From positions 146,134,001 to 146,198,000 of the forward strand of contig OX597816.1 in NCBI GenBank assembly GCA_951406725.2: a stretch of DNA of 64,000 nucleotides. Direction: 5' to 3'. Both the position numbers and the translations under genes were made by a program. This stretch comes from Octopus vulgaris (lineage: Eukaryota). The notes beneath the pieces were generated by a model. It worked only from the letters and a program-made list of their open reading frames with translations, made no database searches and was not told where the DNA came from. This document shows positions 12,333-27,265 of the stretch, piece by piece (position 1 is the stretch's first letter; each line of letters opens with the position of its first letter).

Positions 12333-15122
12333 ATGAGTACGGAGCTAAATGTGACGGACTTTCGCCCAGAAAGTGCTGTGGGTGAACATCACAGGCAAGG
12401 TCGTCATTATACGGCTGCTAGAACTAAATGGACTAAGACGGTGAATATAGCTGTCATAGAATGTTATTTTTTGAGTAGAACCACTGATAATGAAGGGAGA
12501 CCGATAAGAGGATATAGAAAGATGATGCATAACATATCGATAGAGAAGCAGGGCTCAGATATTGCGGAACAGTGGCTCTGGGATCAGATAAGAGCAATAC
12601 GGAAGAAAGGATTGTTAACAGTACTAGAGAATTGATGTTCGAATACACGAAGAGCGATGCAGAAATAGATTCAGAGAATGCTGACGAAACTGCACTTAAT
12701 GAGGGGTTTCCGGGAGAAGTATATCTCAAGCTCTGAGTCTAGAGAAAGACTAAATAATGAGGACAAAGTAATGATAAGAAAAGTGTTTATCAACAGCTGA
12801 ATGGAAAGGTTAACAGCAGTGAGAGACTAGACGTTGAAGAAAGTAAAATGCTTTGGAGTAACATCTGGTATATAGGCAGTAAGCATACGAAAGCTTTTAA
12901 ATGGTTGAAGGAATGAAGATCGGACAAATATGAGGTGAAAGAGAGTAGTATTAGAATAACGACTGATATGGCTACCGAACAGACAACAAAGATCCCAAAC
13001 TAGAAATGCCCAGGACCGGATGGGGTGCAAGGATATTGGCTGAAAAATTTCCCAAAACTAAGGAGAAGAATAGCCACGCAAGTGAATAAAACGATCGACA
13101 ATGGTGTACAAATCCCAAAGTGGCTGTCCACAAGTAAACAAATTATTTGCTAAAAGGATATCAGCAAAAGCAATGCAGAGAATAATTACCGGCCCATGAC
13201 TGCCTGTTCCTGATGCTGAAGCTGTTGACAGGATTGATATCTAATTATCTGTATAACTTCCTGAAAATGAATGACAAACTGGTAGCGGAACAGAAAAGGT
13301 GAGGTTGGAAAAGCCGAAGGACAAAATATAATTTTCAAGTAAACGGGATGGTATTGAACGACTGCAAGAAAAGTCTTACTAATCTGGACATGACGTGGAT
13401 CGATTATAAGATAGCGTATGACATGGCTCCTCATTCCTGGATATTAGGAAGTCTTGAGTTTGTGCAGGTGTCTGATAAAATATTAAATTTTATTAGGAGA
13501 TCAATGAAAAACTTGAATACGGAGTTAACTTCACGTGGAAAATTTTGGCCGGAGGTTAACATCGAGAAGACATATTTCAAGGAGATAGCCTATCACCATT
13601 GCTGCTTGTGATTCGTATAATACTCCTCTCACGGGTACTATGGAAAATGACATCAGGATTCACTTTGAAAAGTGGAGGAAAATTAAATCATCTGTTATAT
13701 ATGGATGATGTAAACATCTTTAGAAAGACCAAACGTAAAATAAAATCAAGTATATTGAAACTAATGGATATAAATAACTAGTTATTTTAGAATGCGGTAA
13801 GTTCAAAGAAAGTGAAATGAAGGGAAGCTTTAGACGAAAATATCTCAGAAGAACCAAGTTAATTATGGGAAGTAGACTCAATGGAAAAACAAAATCAGTG
13901 CAATAAACACATGGGCTGTTTCCTTAATGAAATACGACACTGGTGTTGTTAGGTAGACAAAGATCAAGCTTGAGGAAATTGACAGGAAAATTAGAAAAGT
14001 GATGAAGATTAACAAGGAAATACACCCCAAAATTGATAATGACAGATTGTATGTGCCTAGAAACAGAGGTGGAAGAACTGTGTTGTCAAGCAGAACAGTC
14101 TACAATAAACTGCAGAGTCAATCAGTGCTTGCTGCTGTTAGAATTATCAATATAATACCTACCGAAAATGCAATGCACCCAAAAACATTTGAGTAGCAAG
14201 ATGAAGAAGAAAGAGTAAACAACTGGAAAATGAAACCACTGCAATGCCACAGAGAAATCAAAGGAAAAGAAAAGATTAACACTTGGAGATGGCTAAGAAA
14301 AAGAGATCTGAAATGATCACTGAGGCATTGATATGCAGCGCCGAGGAACAAGCTCTGAGGAATAATTACACCAAATTCCAAATAGATAAGAGTAGCGAAT
14401 CGGCCCTTTGTAAGATGTGTGGCAGCAGATACGAAACAACCTCACATATTGTGAGTGAGTGTAGCAAGCACTACAAAAGCCAAAGAGCACTACAATAAGC
14501 ACTACAAGCCAAAAAGCACTACAAAAGGAGGCACGATAACCTAGCTTAGTTCGTCCACTGAAGGTTATGTGAAAAGTACGGCCTGAAAAGAGCACGGAAA
14601 GGGTACGAAAGTGAACCAGAGTGAGTCACCGAGAATAAGGGATTTTACAATCCAATATGACATCTTAATCGAGGCTCGGAAACCAGATATTCATGTAGTA
14701 GATAAAGAAAGAAAGGAAACCAAGATCATAGATATTGCAATACCTGAAGATGCACGCACAAGTGACAAAGTATTAAAGAAAAGTACAGACTACTAAAGGA
14801 CGAAATTACAAGAATATGGACTAAGAGGAGAATATCAGTCATTCTAGTAGTTGTAGGGGATCCTCGGAGCACCAATGACCAGTTTCGAGAATATGTCATA
14901 GAAATCGGAATTGCCATGAGAGCAGAGTAAGCCGCATAACTGCTCTGCTGAGGACACCTAAAATTGTAATATTGGTACTTGCATGTTGAATGTCTCCCAC
15001 GATAATTAACAATCATGTATCAAAGCTTATAACGTGTGGTAAGAGATCATGCGAGACTTCTGGCTACAGGCTTCTGCCCACTCTCCAAGAATCTACCAGA
15101 ACAAACACGACCGAACATTCTG
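12333..15122 (+). mobile_element. Degenerate near-complete R4/Dong-clade retrotransposon (RT, CCHC knuckle, REL endonuclease)
   Basis: N-term RTKWTKTVNIAVIECY...RGYRK...DQIRAIRK. RT motifs PGPDGVQGYWLK, WIDYKIAYDMAPHSWI, FQGDSLSP, LNHLLYMDD. Zinc knuckle CKMCGSRYETTSHIVSEC. REL RKPDIHVVD...IIDIAIPED. The true 5' boundary may lie upstream of 12333. Confidence 0.92.
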
Positions 15123-15268
15123 AGAAGAAGAAGAAGAAGAAGAAGAAGAAGAAGAAGAAGAAGAAGAAGAAGAAGAAGAAGAAGAAGAAGAAGAAGAAGA
15201 AGAAGAAGAAGAAGAAGAAGAAGAAGAAGAAGAAGAAGAAGAAGAAGAAGAAGAAGAAGAAGAAGAAG
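15123..15268. repeat. (GAA)n microsatellite at the LINE 3' end
   Basis: Pure trinucleotide run directly after the 3' UTR. Confidence 0.97.
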
Positions 15269-17699
15269 GATTATAATACTAAGAATATTATGTATTGCTA
15301 CAGACGTCAAACAGATTTAAGTTGAATTCGTATGAGATTCGGTTTATAGAATGCGCCGAGGCAAATTTTAAGAGCACAGAATTAATACGAAACACTAATA
15401 TTATGTGAGATAAGGAAACGGATATAAAAGAATTAGACGAAACAAGACTTAGAAATTTTGAGCAAAGAACTAAATAGTCGGCGTACAACATGCGCAAATG
15501 AAGGATTACATAGAGAATACATGCTATAGACGCATTGGATTAATACTTAATACAGAAGGAAAAAAGCAATAAATCATCAAAAATAGAGTTATAACCGATA
15601 TAAGCTGCTGTTTTACTAATCTTAAATAGACGTTAAGCGAATTAGTAAGAATAAAAATACAGAGAAATAACAATCCTAACAATACTGCCAAATGTATGAT
15701 ACAGTTTACAATAGAATTCAACATATACCAACCCAGCTCTGATGTAGAATTATAACTTACATTGTGAAAGTTTGTATCCACCGCGAATGCAAAAATGCAG
15801 CACAAGTGCAACAATTACTGCTTTGTAATATACATACAATTGATAACGACGATGATGAGAAGGTTCATTAACCTGGTTAGCAGAAGAGCTTGTTAAAATA
15901 TTAAAAATATAAAAACACTGGATGAAACGCCAATTGATGATTGATAAGGGGTTATTGCGAAAGGGCAGAAAGAGAATGTCTAGTTCATGCATTGTATGGA
16001 TCGGTTGCAGAAAAGTATATAATTTAGCCTCGCATTTGCGGATCACTCTATACCTAGAACTATTCAAGAACATGTAACTTAGAACATACAGTGTGACATC
16101 AAGAGAGGGAAGACAAACACGTTTCAGACTGAGTAAAATATGTGGTTTATAAGGCTTTTGATTCAGTATAGGGTTGCACGTGAAATGTTGCTGAGGGACG
16201 ACTTGGTAAGTTGCTTTTTATGTAGTAGCGGGCTTAAATATTTGGATGAATTCAGAGAATCAACGGATTATATTTCGTTGAACGGTTAAGATAAAACCTT
16301 AAATATTCATTCAAGAAACGAATCAGCTGCATTCGCAGTAGCTTGATGCTTGTGACAATCGATGTATAAGTTACTTATTTGGATGGGAGCTGCATTGATG
16401 TTGAATGGAAAAGCTTCAGACTGTTTGTTAACTTATTTATAACGTCATATTGCTTGTTGATTATATTTTACAGACACCAGATCAGAAATTGAGTTGAGGA
16501 CATATGTGCTATGGATTGAATTGCCTGTGTAGTGATTTTGTGCTGATTAAGGATTTCTATCTTTTCTTGTAATACCTTGCATAAGCAACTATGATTTAGT
16601 TATAGGAAATGTGAGTAATATGGGCGTAAACACTTTGATGCGCTGCTTCTTCATTTCCACAAAGTGAGCCGTACTGGCGTGCCTTATATTCCTGAAATGC
16701 ATCTGCCAGTTGTTTGTGATTCTCATATCCCTCGGAAATCAAATTACTTAAATCAAATTCCGTAAATCAAAGTCCATCGTAAATCAAATTCCTTTAACCA
16801 TGTTTATTGTAAACGCTCCGTAAATTATTCAAATGCACAATTCCCAGTACTCATTTCAACTACGCATATGTAATAGTTTGGTCATGTTCCAGACCTAGAT
16901 TAAACCCGTGAGTGAAGTGCGAAAATGACTGGAGAAGGTCAGGTCATATTACGTAATGGCCACTTGACATGCGTTTCAAATGCTCAGCTGTTATTCAAGA
17001 CAGTTCAGATCAAATCAGATCTAAGAGCAATTCTGCAAGTAATTCTCTCTCATTGAGACTGTGGGGGAGATATATCTCACGGGTCAAACCAATGTTAAGT
17101 GCAATGTGCGGATGACTGAAGGGCATATCCGTTTTTGTGTTATAATTATAGTAATATAACAATATATATCTTACTATTGATTAGCTCTTATTGGATAAGA
17201 GATACGACACGAAGTGTAAAAATTAATTAATATAATTATTCATTTTATAGTTATCTGTTATGTAATTATGATTTATGTTTTTATGTGTGCACATGAAAAC
17301 GAAACCATAATCAGCATTATCGGTAGTTATTTGTGCTCTCATAGTTGTGTTTTCTCTTAATTACCCTGAAGTCAATCGCCATAGTATAATTATCTTCATG
17401 TAGCCATGCTGGTGACAGCTATCGTGATGGGGATAAACCGACGGAAAATTCATTCAAAGCGCTGATATGGATGTCTCCTTTGTTGAGAGTACGATTTCTT
17501 AAATGTAAAGCGGCATAGAAGCATTTTCAACAATGGAAATTGTTAGAATAAAAACATAGGAACGAAGAATGCCCTCGGTATGTAAAGTTTTCTTAGAAGA
17601 CAGACTTAAGAAGCGTTTGTTTCTATAAGAAATGTGCTGCGAAATATAGAAATCCCAAAGCTGAAGATTGGAGGAAAATGTTCCATTGTTTTTCAGAGA

Positions 17700-18330
17700 A
17701 TCCTGTTGACCAGGGGAGCCAGCATTGGATAAAGAAAGACAAATTGAAGAATGTTCAACTGGGGTGGATTTTGGAGCACAAAACAGATCATAAGAGTAAA
17801 TTGGTTCAAGAGATTAACAAATAAGTATACCCGTTCACCCATATGTAAAATATCAACAAATGCATATGAAATTACAGATTTCCATCTAGCTCAGTATAAA
17901 TACAAACATGGGAAAGCAATGTGAAATCGATACAACACCTCACTGCAATTTTTGCAAGGCATTCAATTTTACATGCATTGACAGCGCTGTATAGATTCTG
18001 TGGGAAATAAAATTAATGACTTCGAAAGAAAATGAAATGTAGTGGTATGAGGTATTTCATTGCAAACTGAGAAAAGAACTGAAAACACACTGCCAGATAT
18101 TGTTATCGGTGATGGAAGAAAGCTAAACTTGTAGTCAACATGACCTGCTCATTGATAAAAAAAAAAACAAATATCAAGGAAAATAAAATATAATAGTACT
18201 TTGCCAAACTGAACTATGAAGTTTTCCATTGCTAGAACGAACAAATGAGCAACATTAGGATCCACATATTATGATAGCAGCCTCGGGAAAATTTGATAGC
18301 GTATCTGGTGAAGTTAGTTCTGAAACTGGG
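17700..18330 (+). mobile_element. Old R4/Dong-like C-terminal relic followed by (TAA)n
   Basis: Fragments SQHWIKKDKLK, SPICKI, ENEM*WYE and TLPDIVI in the order of the RT C-term, zinc knuckle and REL domain. TAA array at ~18361-18444. Confidence 0.5.
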
Positions 18331-18359
18331 AGTTATACGGCATAAATATAACAACACCC

Positions 18360-18399
<40 letters not shown>

Positions 18400-19597
18400 G
18401 GATAATAATAATAATAAGGATAATAGTGATAATAATAATAATAATGGTGAAAAATGACATCAACAACAATAAAAAGTAAGGAGTACAGTAATAATAATTA
18501 CATAAAAAATCCGTTTGTTTCTTTTAAGTGCTCTTCCTTTTAAACCATTAAACCGTTACATCTTAGTTGATTCACTTCCAAAGGGGAATGAATGCATGTT
18601 TTGTGAGCTAATATGAAGAAAAGAGAACGAGTAAAATTGCAGAAAGGAAAATAAAAGCAGAAAATTTCGTTAAGAGCAACGATGACGACAACGACGGCAA
18701 CTGTGACGACGACAGTGATAATGATGATGACGACGATGAAAATGATGATGACAGCAACGTTGACTGTGAGGATGGTGGGGATGATGACGTTAAGAACAGG
18801 TTGTAGTTGATGAAGAAATAAAAAATAAAATACGAGCTGCTTTAACTTGCACAAACTATAACGTAAATTTATTGTGAAAGCGATTTCCAATTATAATACA
18901 TCTTCTTTGTGAAGGTTGCCACCAGCCATTTGGAAGAAGCCAAATTCCTTGATCTATCCAACCTGATCTTGGCAAATAAATGGAATAACAAAACAATAAA
19001 AAAAAAAGAACTTTGGCAGTAATCCACAGGCAGTGATATTTTTCGTAACGATATACGAAGGTAGGATAACAAATAAATAGAAAATAAATATAAGATAAAT
19101 ATAAAACATCCATAATTCATGGGACGAGGAAAAATAACGAAGTACAAATGAAAATAAAAATAGAAAAAGAACAATAAATGAATTTACTTGTATAAAATAT
19201 TGTAACGGAAGCAATTTTCTACTAAAAGATTTTTGCCACCGGAAATCTTTTATATTCAGAATATTTGTTAATGGTAGCATGAAAGTAAAAGTTCGATAAT
19301 AAGTGGAGATATAAAGAGAGACATAAAATATATATGTTAACAATTTATTGGCATAAAAAAAAAACGACAGAAAAATACGTTGTGAGAAATCATAATGTGA
19401 AGGCAAAGTTATGAAACTGAAATGTAAAAATAGTGGCGTGTAAGTCATCGAAGATCTTAGCAAGTCGAACAGTTTTTTTTAGAACACATGTCTAGTAGCT
19501 CACATAGGTGAGATTCTTGTGTACACACAGGCGTGCACACACATATATAAATATACATATATACATGTGTATATATATGTATATATGTATATATACG

Positions 19598-19629
<32 letters not shown>

Positions 19630-19631
19630 TA

Positions 19632-19751
19632 TATCACGTGATCACGTGACCGACCAGACCATCAGATGTTGTTACACATCGCTGGTCACAATACGTTTTG
19701 CATTGTTTTAGCCTTCGAATGACGCCACCCCGCTGGCTAAGCGAGCAGGCC
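19632..19751 (-). mobile_element. Probable SINE 3' fragment between TA runs
   Basis: GC-richer, hairpin-rich 120-bp segment containing the palindrome TCACGTGATCACGTGA (19634-19649). Family assignment is from memory. Confidence 0.45.
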
Positions 19752-20123
19752 ATATATATGTATATGTATATATATACACATATATATATATGTTCAAGGA
19801 AAGGCAGAAGATGGAATGTATGGGAATTTATTAATCAAGACAATTGTTTCGACACATCTAGCACTGATTCCGCACAGGTGGGACACGACACTTAACAACT
19901 GGTTCATGAGCATCGTGCGATAAACACAACTAGTTAAAATAACATTTCCGTTATCTATCTTCTCATTTCGTTGAAAGAAAAGCAGCAAAACGAATGAAAT
20001 ATCTCCATTCATATAGATCAAAAATAAAATAACATATTAAAAAAAAAACAGAAACGAACAAGCAATACAGGCAGAAAAGTATTTAAAATAACCATTAACA
20101 GATATTGATTTATAAACGCTCTC

Positions 20124-20186
20124 GCGCGTGCTGCATGGCGCGTGCTGCATGGCGCGTGCTGCATGGCGCGTGCTGCATGGCGCGTG
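20124..20186. repeat. 14-bp GC-rich minisatellite (GCGCGTGCTGCATG) x ~4.5
   Basis: Perfect tandem units visible. Confidence 0.95.
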
Positions 20187-20384
20187 TACACTCACTCATA
20201 CAAGCATTCGCAAAAATGTAAGAATATGCACATCTGAGTTTTCGTGCACTCAGTCACAGTCGCAAAAGTTAGATAAAATAGCTACTTGGTGTTGATAAGA
20301 ATGGTAAGGCTCAAACTGAACTTAATTCACCCATACATTAAAGTAAATTATGTTAACAGCTATCCGAATCCATTCTCACTGCAT

Positions 20385-20795
20385 TGTGCGAAAGTACATT
20401 TATATGCGTGTAGGCATCTTGAGTGTCTTTCAGAAATACTATTAATGACCTTCTCACTGTCCCGCAGAATACTCAGAGATTTCTCGGGGCAGAAACGGTA
20501 TCTCCTGGAAATTATATTGTATGGTTTTGCGTGCCTTACTATGAACCAAGTAATGTCGTACTTAATTTAATCCTTCTTCAGTCACCATACAAATTCGGCT
20601 AAAGATGTTGAATATCTATTCCTGGTTCTCTTAAAGCTGGCGACATAGTTACAATAATGATTCTTAAGTGAATCAGCCGTCTGTCCAATGTAAACATATG
20701 GCTCTCCCATTGTGTGTACAGTACATTCATATACAAGATTTGTACTCAAACAGAGATTCATCTATGGCCATTTTGATTTTCCGCTGCATGAGCAT
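20385..20795 (-). pseudogene. Penelope-like GIY-YIG endonuclease relic, Naiad-type pattern
   Basis: Manual translation: CSCSGKSKWP..LCLSTNLVYECTV...YVYIGQTADSLK...SFK...STSLAEFVW*LKK...ITWFI...PY...FCPEK...IN..SE...RCLHAYK. Contains stops. Confidence 0.75.
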
Positions 20796-21841
20796 TTAGC
20801 ATATTTATTTGTATATATGGTAGTACACATACTTTCGTAAATACATAGATACAAGACACACAAACATACAAAGCGGTGTGTAAGGAATACGAAGCTTTAA
20901 GGGGAGAGGTGGTTGGTGGCTTTTCTGCTGTCCATCACAAAAGCATACTCACACTCAGACACACACACATACATATATGTACATGCATACGTACATACTT
21001 ACACATGCCTACTATACACCATTTTAAAATCGTGGTTACATGTACGTTTATAAATGTATGTGTGTATGTGTGTGCGTGTGTGTGTAATTGTAATATAAGA
21101 ATAGTACTGTGTTTCAGTTATTACATGTAAAGAACTAAAAACTATGGACAGATCCTATTTTGTTGCTTCTAACTAAAACATTAAATTAAAAATGTATATG
21201 TGTTATGATAGATGATTTAAATGTTAGAAATTTCAATGTTAGAAAATTTAAATGTGACTTGAAAATAAGATGTAGCTCCTTATTTGGTGTTTCTAGATGT
21301 ACATGTATTTTCTTTACCAGTACGTTGGGCATAAACGAGTTAGATATATATTTCGATATGGTAGGGAGGGAATTAAGACTAAACAATAATACAAATTAGA
21401 AATATAAAAGTCTAGAATTGCATTTCGTGAGTGTAACGAAGTAAATATTAATATAATGATAACAAAGTAAAATCTCAAAGTAATATATTTAAAACGTATT
21501 ATAGTTTAATTATAAACCACTGATAAGTACAAAAAGACATTATCTAATAATAATATGCATTATTTCTTTGATGATATCATGTTTTTTTTTTTACAGAAAC
21601 AGATGTCTGGGATAATTGAATATGATGAATAATCCATCATTAACAACAAAATCTGCTTCAGTTCATTTTATTTGATGACATTTATTGAACTCTGTTTAAT
21701 GAATTAATTCTTATAATAAGCCTTTGCTTACATATATTCATACGGATATGATAAGACATTGGAAACTTAGGGAATAATTCCGTTGGTGGGAGAAGTAAAT
21801 TTTCATCCGGATGTATATATATATATATATATATCTATATC

Positions 21842-21899
<58 letters not shown>

Positions 21900-22929
21900 A
21901 TGATATATTCTGTTATGTACATAGAAGAGTACAGTATAAATCTCGTCCACTTTCAGATTTCACCCAGAGTTATTCAGTAGTAGTATTATACGTACTTCAA
22001 GGATTACATCTGGGCTTCTATCGTGTGTGAATAGATAATAGGAAAAAATTGAAGTCAACAAGAGAATGTACGGTTGGAATTTTATTTTGAATCGCTACAA
22101 TTGTTTCATCATTTATACATACATGCAATGAAACGACGTCAAGTAGTTATAAATATCGAAGTAGAGCGTGCTGCTTATTTAATGAATGTCTTCGGTTGGA
22201 GGGAAGCACAGGCTCAGTTGCGACTTGAACTTAAAAGTAAGGATACGTAAGTAAATACTGCCACGCTGGTATTACAATCGTTGCCTTGCAATATATTCCA
22301 CTAAAATGTTTGTCAAGCTAAAACAAAATAACAAAATTTATAATGCTGTTATCTCCTCATTACTTGTCACCGAACTAAATCCACCAATATTTTCCTTTAC
22401 ATTTAATAATTATCTCTAGTGACAAATCAAAATTTGGCAACTGTCTTCTAGTCGTAAACTATTGTAGGAATTATATTGTATTTTGATGAATGTAACAATA
22501 TTTTAGGAGTGACGTTTAGTGAGCTAAAATACAACATTAGTTTAAGTAAATAGCAGGAGTAAATGTTGAATTTATTGAATTTATGTATAGTCTCCACAGA
22601 AGTAAAGCTGATCTAAATAATGCGATGTCAGCAGTGCATCCTTCCAGATCTACGGCTCACATGTCTTCATTTTTTCATTCAATATACATCATACATTTAA
22701 CCGATGCCAGATTTCAGATATAGCCACATTATGTGTGCTACGAAATTAAAGAAAAAAATATATAATAAACAGACGAGTTTTCAGTGTCTAAATGACATTA
22801 CAAGCAAAATGGGAGTAAGCTAGCTATGTTTAACATTTCATGTTCGTTTCTCGTTATTTGCACTATTGTGAGATTATCCATATCCTAGATGATGTCAATT
22901 TAAATACCTCAACATAGAAATGTGGTATT

Positions 22930-22949
22930 TACTACTACTACTGCTGCCG

Positions 22950-23005
<56 letters not shown>

Positions 23006-23050
23006 GCTGCTGCTACTGCTGCTGCTGCTGCTGATGATGATGATGATGCT
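22930..23050. repeat. (CTA)n/(CTG)n/(GAT)n compound microsatellite
   Basis: Directly visible. Confidence 0.95.
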
Positions 23051-24112
23051 GTTGTTAAGCAACAAGACGGGTAGGGGTGATTAGGTGATGGTCTAGGGCT
23101 TAGCGGCGGGAGACCCCATGACCTTGGGAAAAAAAAAACATTTGTCGTCTTGTTGTAGTTGTGGACTCTTCGTTGACGCCCGACACCACTGGGAGGTGGC
23201 CCTCGAAGTAGTTGGAAATGGAGATCTCCAGGTCCAAATTCTTGGACGGCTGCTGCTGCTGCTTCCACTGCCACTGCAGCTGTTACTATTACTTGTGCTG
23301 CCTAAAAACAATAATTTTTGTAAAGGATGACCACAGGTTGAAAGAAAGAGAAAGATAATAACTATGTGACAGATAATTACAACTATATGAATTTAAACAT
23401 CGCGGTGAAAAGTCAAACAAATATAACGATACTCGAAATATAACTGAAAATAAAACTTAAGTGGTATGCAAGTAATTTTGCGAATGCTCATTGTAAAAGA
23501 GAAAGATAGAAAGATAAGATGCAGATAGCAAAGAAACGGTAAACGTGACATCGAGGTTCCATAAAACAATTTGTTCTCTTGCTTAAGGAAATTGTATTGC
23601 TTAAGGAAAAATTACGACAGAAAGACGAGCCGGCCTGTAAATATAGCACTTGCACTTTCATTGTCATACAGCCAAGCTAAATACATAGCATAGCATTAAA
23701 TGTGGCGTTAAAGAGAAAACTGTGTAGCTTTTAAATTTTCATCGCAAAATATGACGGTTCATGAAAGAAGTTAACGAATTTTACGAATTTTACGAAGCAA
23801 CAGCCAATAATGCACGCTCAGTGTAAATTTTCAAGATCTTGTGCCTTTTAAAATCAAGATATTCAGTTCAAAAATTGCTCCAAACCTCAGATGCAGTGAA
23901 GCTAACCTAGCAGGGTAAACATACTAATTGTTACATTTAAATAATATGTTCAGATGTTCTCCCTGGAGGTAAGACGGTTTTTTTTTCTCTAATTTGTTGC
24001 ACACACGCATTTTTTGCTAATACATACGCGGTGAAGCTACACATTAGCGTCGAATTTTTACGTTCGCTATTTCCAGTAAATATCGGTACTTAGTTGTGCC
24101 ATTTATTTACTA

Positions 24113-25513
<1,401 letters not shown>

Positions 25514-25553
25514 CGTGTGTGTCTGTATATATATATATATATATGTATATATA

Positions 25554-25611
<58 letters not shown>

Positions 25612-27265
25612 AATTTATTTCATAAAAACTTCTTTCAAAATTCCTTTTTTTTTCTCACACATTAACTTAGGTAGGTTGAACTATGTAAAATGTTAGAGAA
25701 ATAATTTTTTTCCAGGTGCCCTTAAAATACTATTGCAGACTGCCACTCCCCACCACCCATTTTTCTATTTTGTTGCATGGACCCCAAAAGATCTTTTATG
25801 GACTCTCGGGGCTATATGAAACCTAGTTGAGAACCACTGCTCTGAAACAAGTGACCGGTAGGAAGTAGTAATGGAAACACCATAGTAACAAACCAGTACT
25901 GGGAGATACGAACGAGTACGAAAGACGATTTGGAGTTGCGATGAACTAATCAGTAGCAACATTAATGCCATTAACTTAATCACAAACGGCAACTATTGTT
26001 AATACAGTCACCACCAACATAAAACATAAAACATAAAACACCCAAGAATACATTATTTCACACACACACGCACACGCATATCCCACATGCACACACATGC
26101 ACACATTACATACGCTCACACACACACAATTAATACACAATGCACATACTCGTGCCAACAAGCTCAGCCGTCCAACTCCAACAAAAATAAATTATTAATT
26201 AAAGGATCATTTACATAAACAACAAAATATTAATGAAGCGCACCAACCAGGAAGACAGACATACGATATGTACATCACATTTAAAATGAAAAGAGCGAAG
26301 CACCTCACCATAGTGAGTCATTAAAATATGAGAGTGCACTGTTTTCAGAAAGAACGTCTCTACGGGTGGGAATATGAACAAGAAATATAGAAAGATTTAC
26401 TGGTGAATATATCTGCAACTAACCAGATGGCAGAATATGTTCACCACAGAAATGGAAAGGGAGACTTTCTCACCTCCTTCTGATTGAAATGGAGTTAATC
26501 AGAATTGTCAGTGTGAATGCAAATTGGCCTGAGTTTGCCATGGAAGCAACAAGGCAGATTGCTTGCTAAATTATCTCATGCATGAAATATAAATATGATG
26601 ACGAACAAAGAAACTTGAATTTCCAAATCACTAGACTTCGCACATCTTCGAAGGCTACGTGGTGTATACATCACCAAGCCTTCCGATATCTTCAGATGGC
26701 CTTGCCGTGCTTTCTGATTTAGGTTTACAATTCACGTAACTATATCGTCTGTCTAGAAAGTAAGCTACTTGCACTGAATATGGTCAATAGCGAAGGACAT
26801 GTTTCAAGCTAGTAGTAATTTAAGCATTGACTGAGCCAATACTCAAGGCGACATGATTTCCTATAATGGTTCCCAAGAATCTTTTGCTCTCTCGTGGAAG
26901 ATTGCACTGGTGTATCGGGTGAACGATGACACTGTATGGGTCTACCCGACTGTTGTACTGAGATAACAGCAGTGACTGATGTGTCATGCTTCTCTTGGTT
27001 TTATCTGCTAGAATGAACATGGCTAAAAAGGGTTTACATGTTAATGTTAATTAGAATGGAGTATATATTTGTGTGTGTGCGTGTGTGTCAAAATAGTTTG
27101 GTTCAAATTGGTTGGTACTCTTCAGTTTCAAGCGCGATGCTACTCGTCAGTCATCCAATTCAAAATGGCTGACCACTAGCATTGTCCACTTACTATATAT
27201 ATATGTATATATATATATATATATATACAGAAACAGAGAGAGACAGACAGGCAAACAGACAGACC

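Noticed and set aside
16590-16740. Short minus-strand frame ISEGYENHKQLADAFQEYKARQYGSLCG...
   Set aside because: Under 50 codons, flanked by stops and not assignable to a family.
20124-20186. Possible CRISPR-like repeat
   Set aside because: Head-to-tail units without spacers, in eukaryotic context with no cas genes.
22070-22205. Minus-strand CCGAAGA...GAAACAATTGTA hammerhead-like motif (similar half motif near 19840)
   Set aside because: Stem I does not pair and stem II is very long and uncertain, so it was not counted as a ribozyme.
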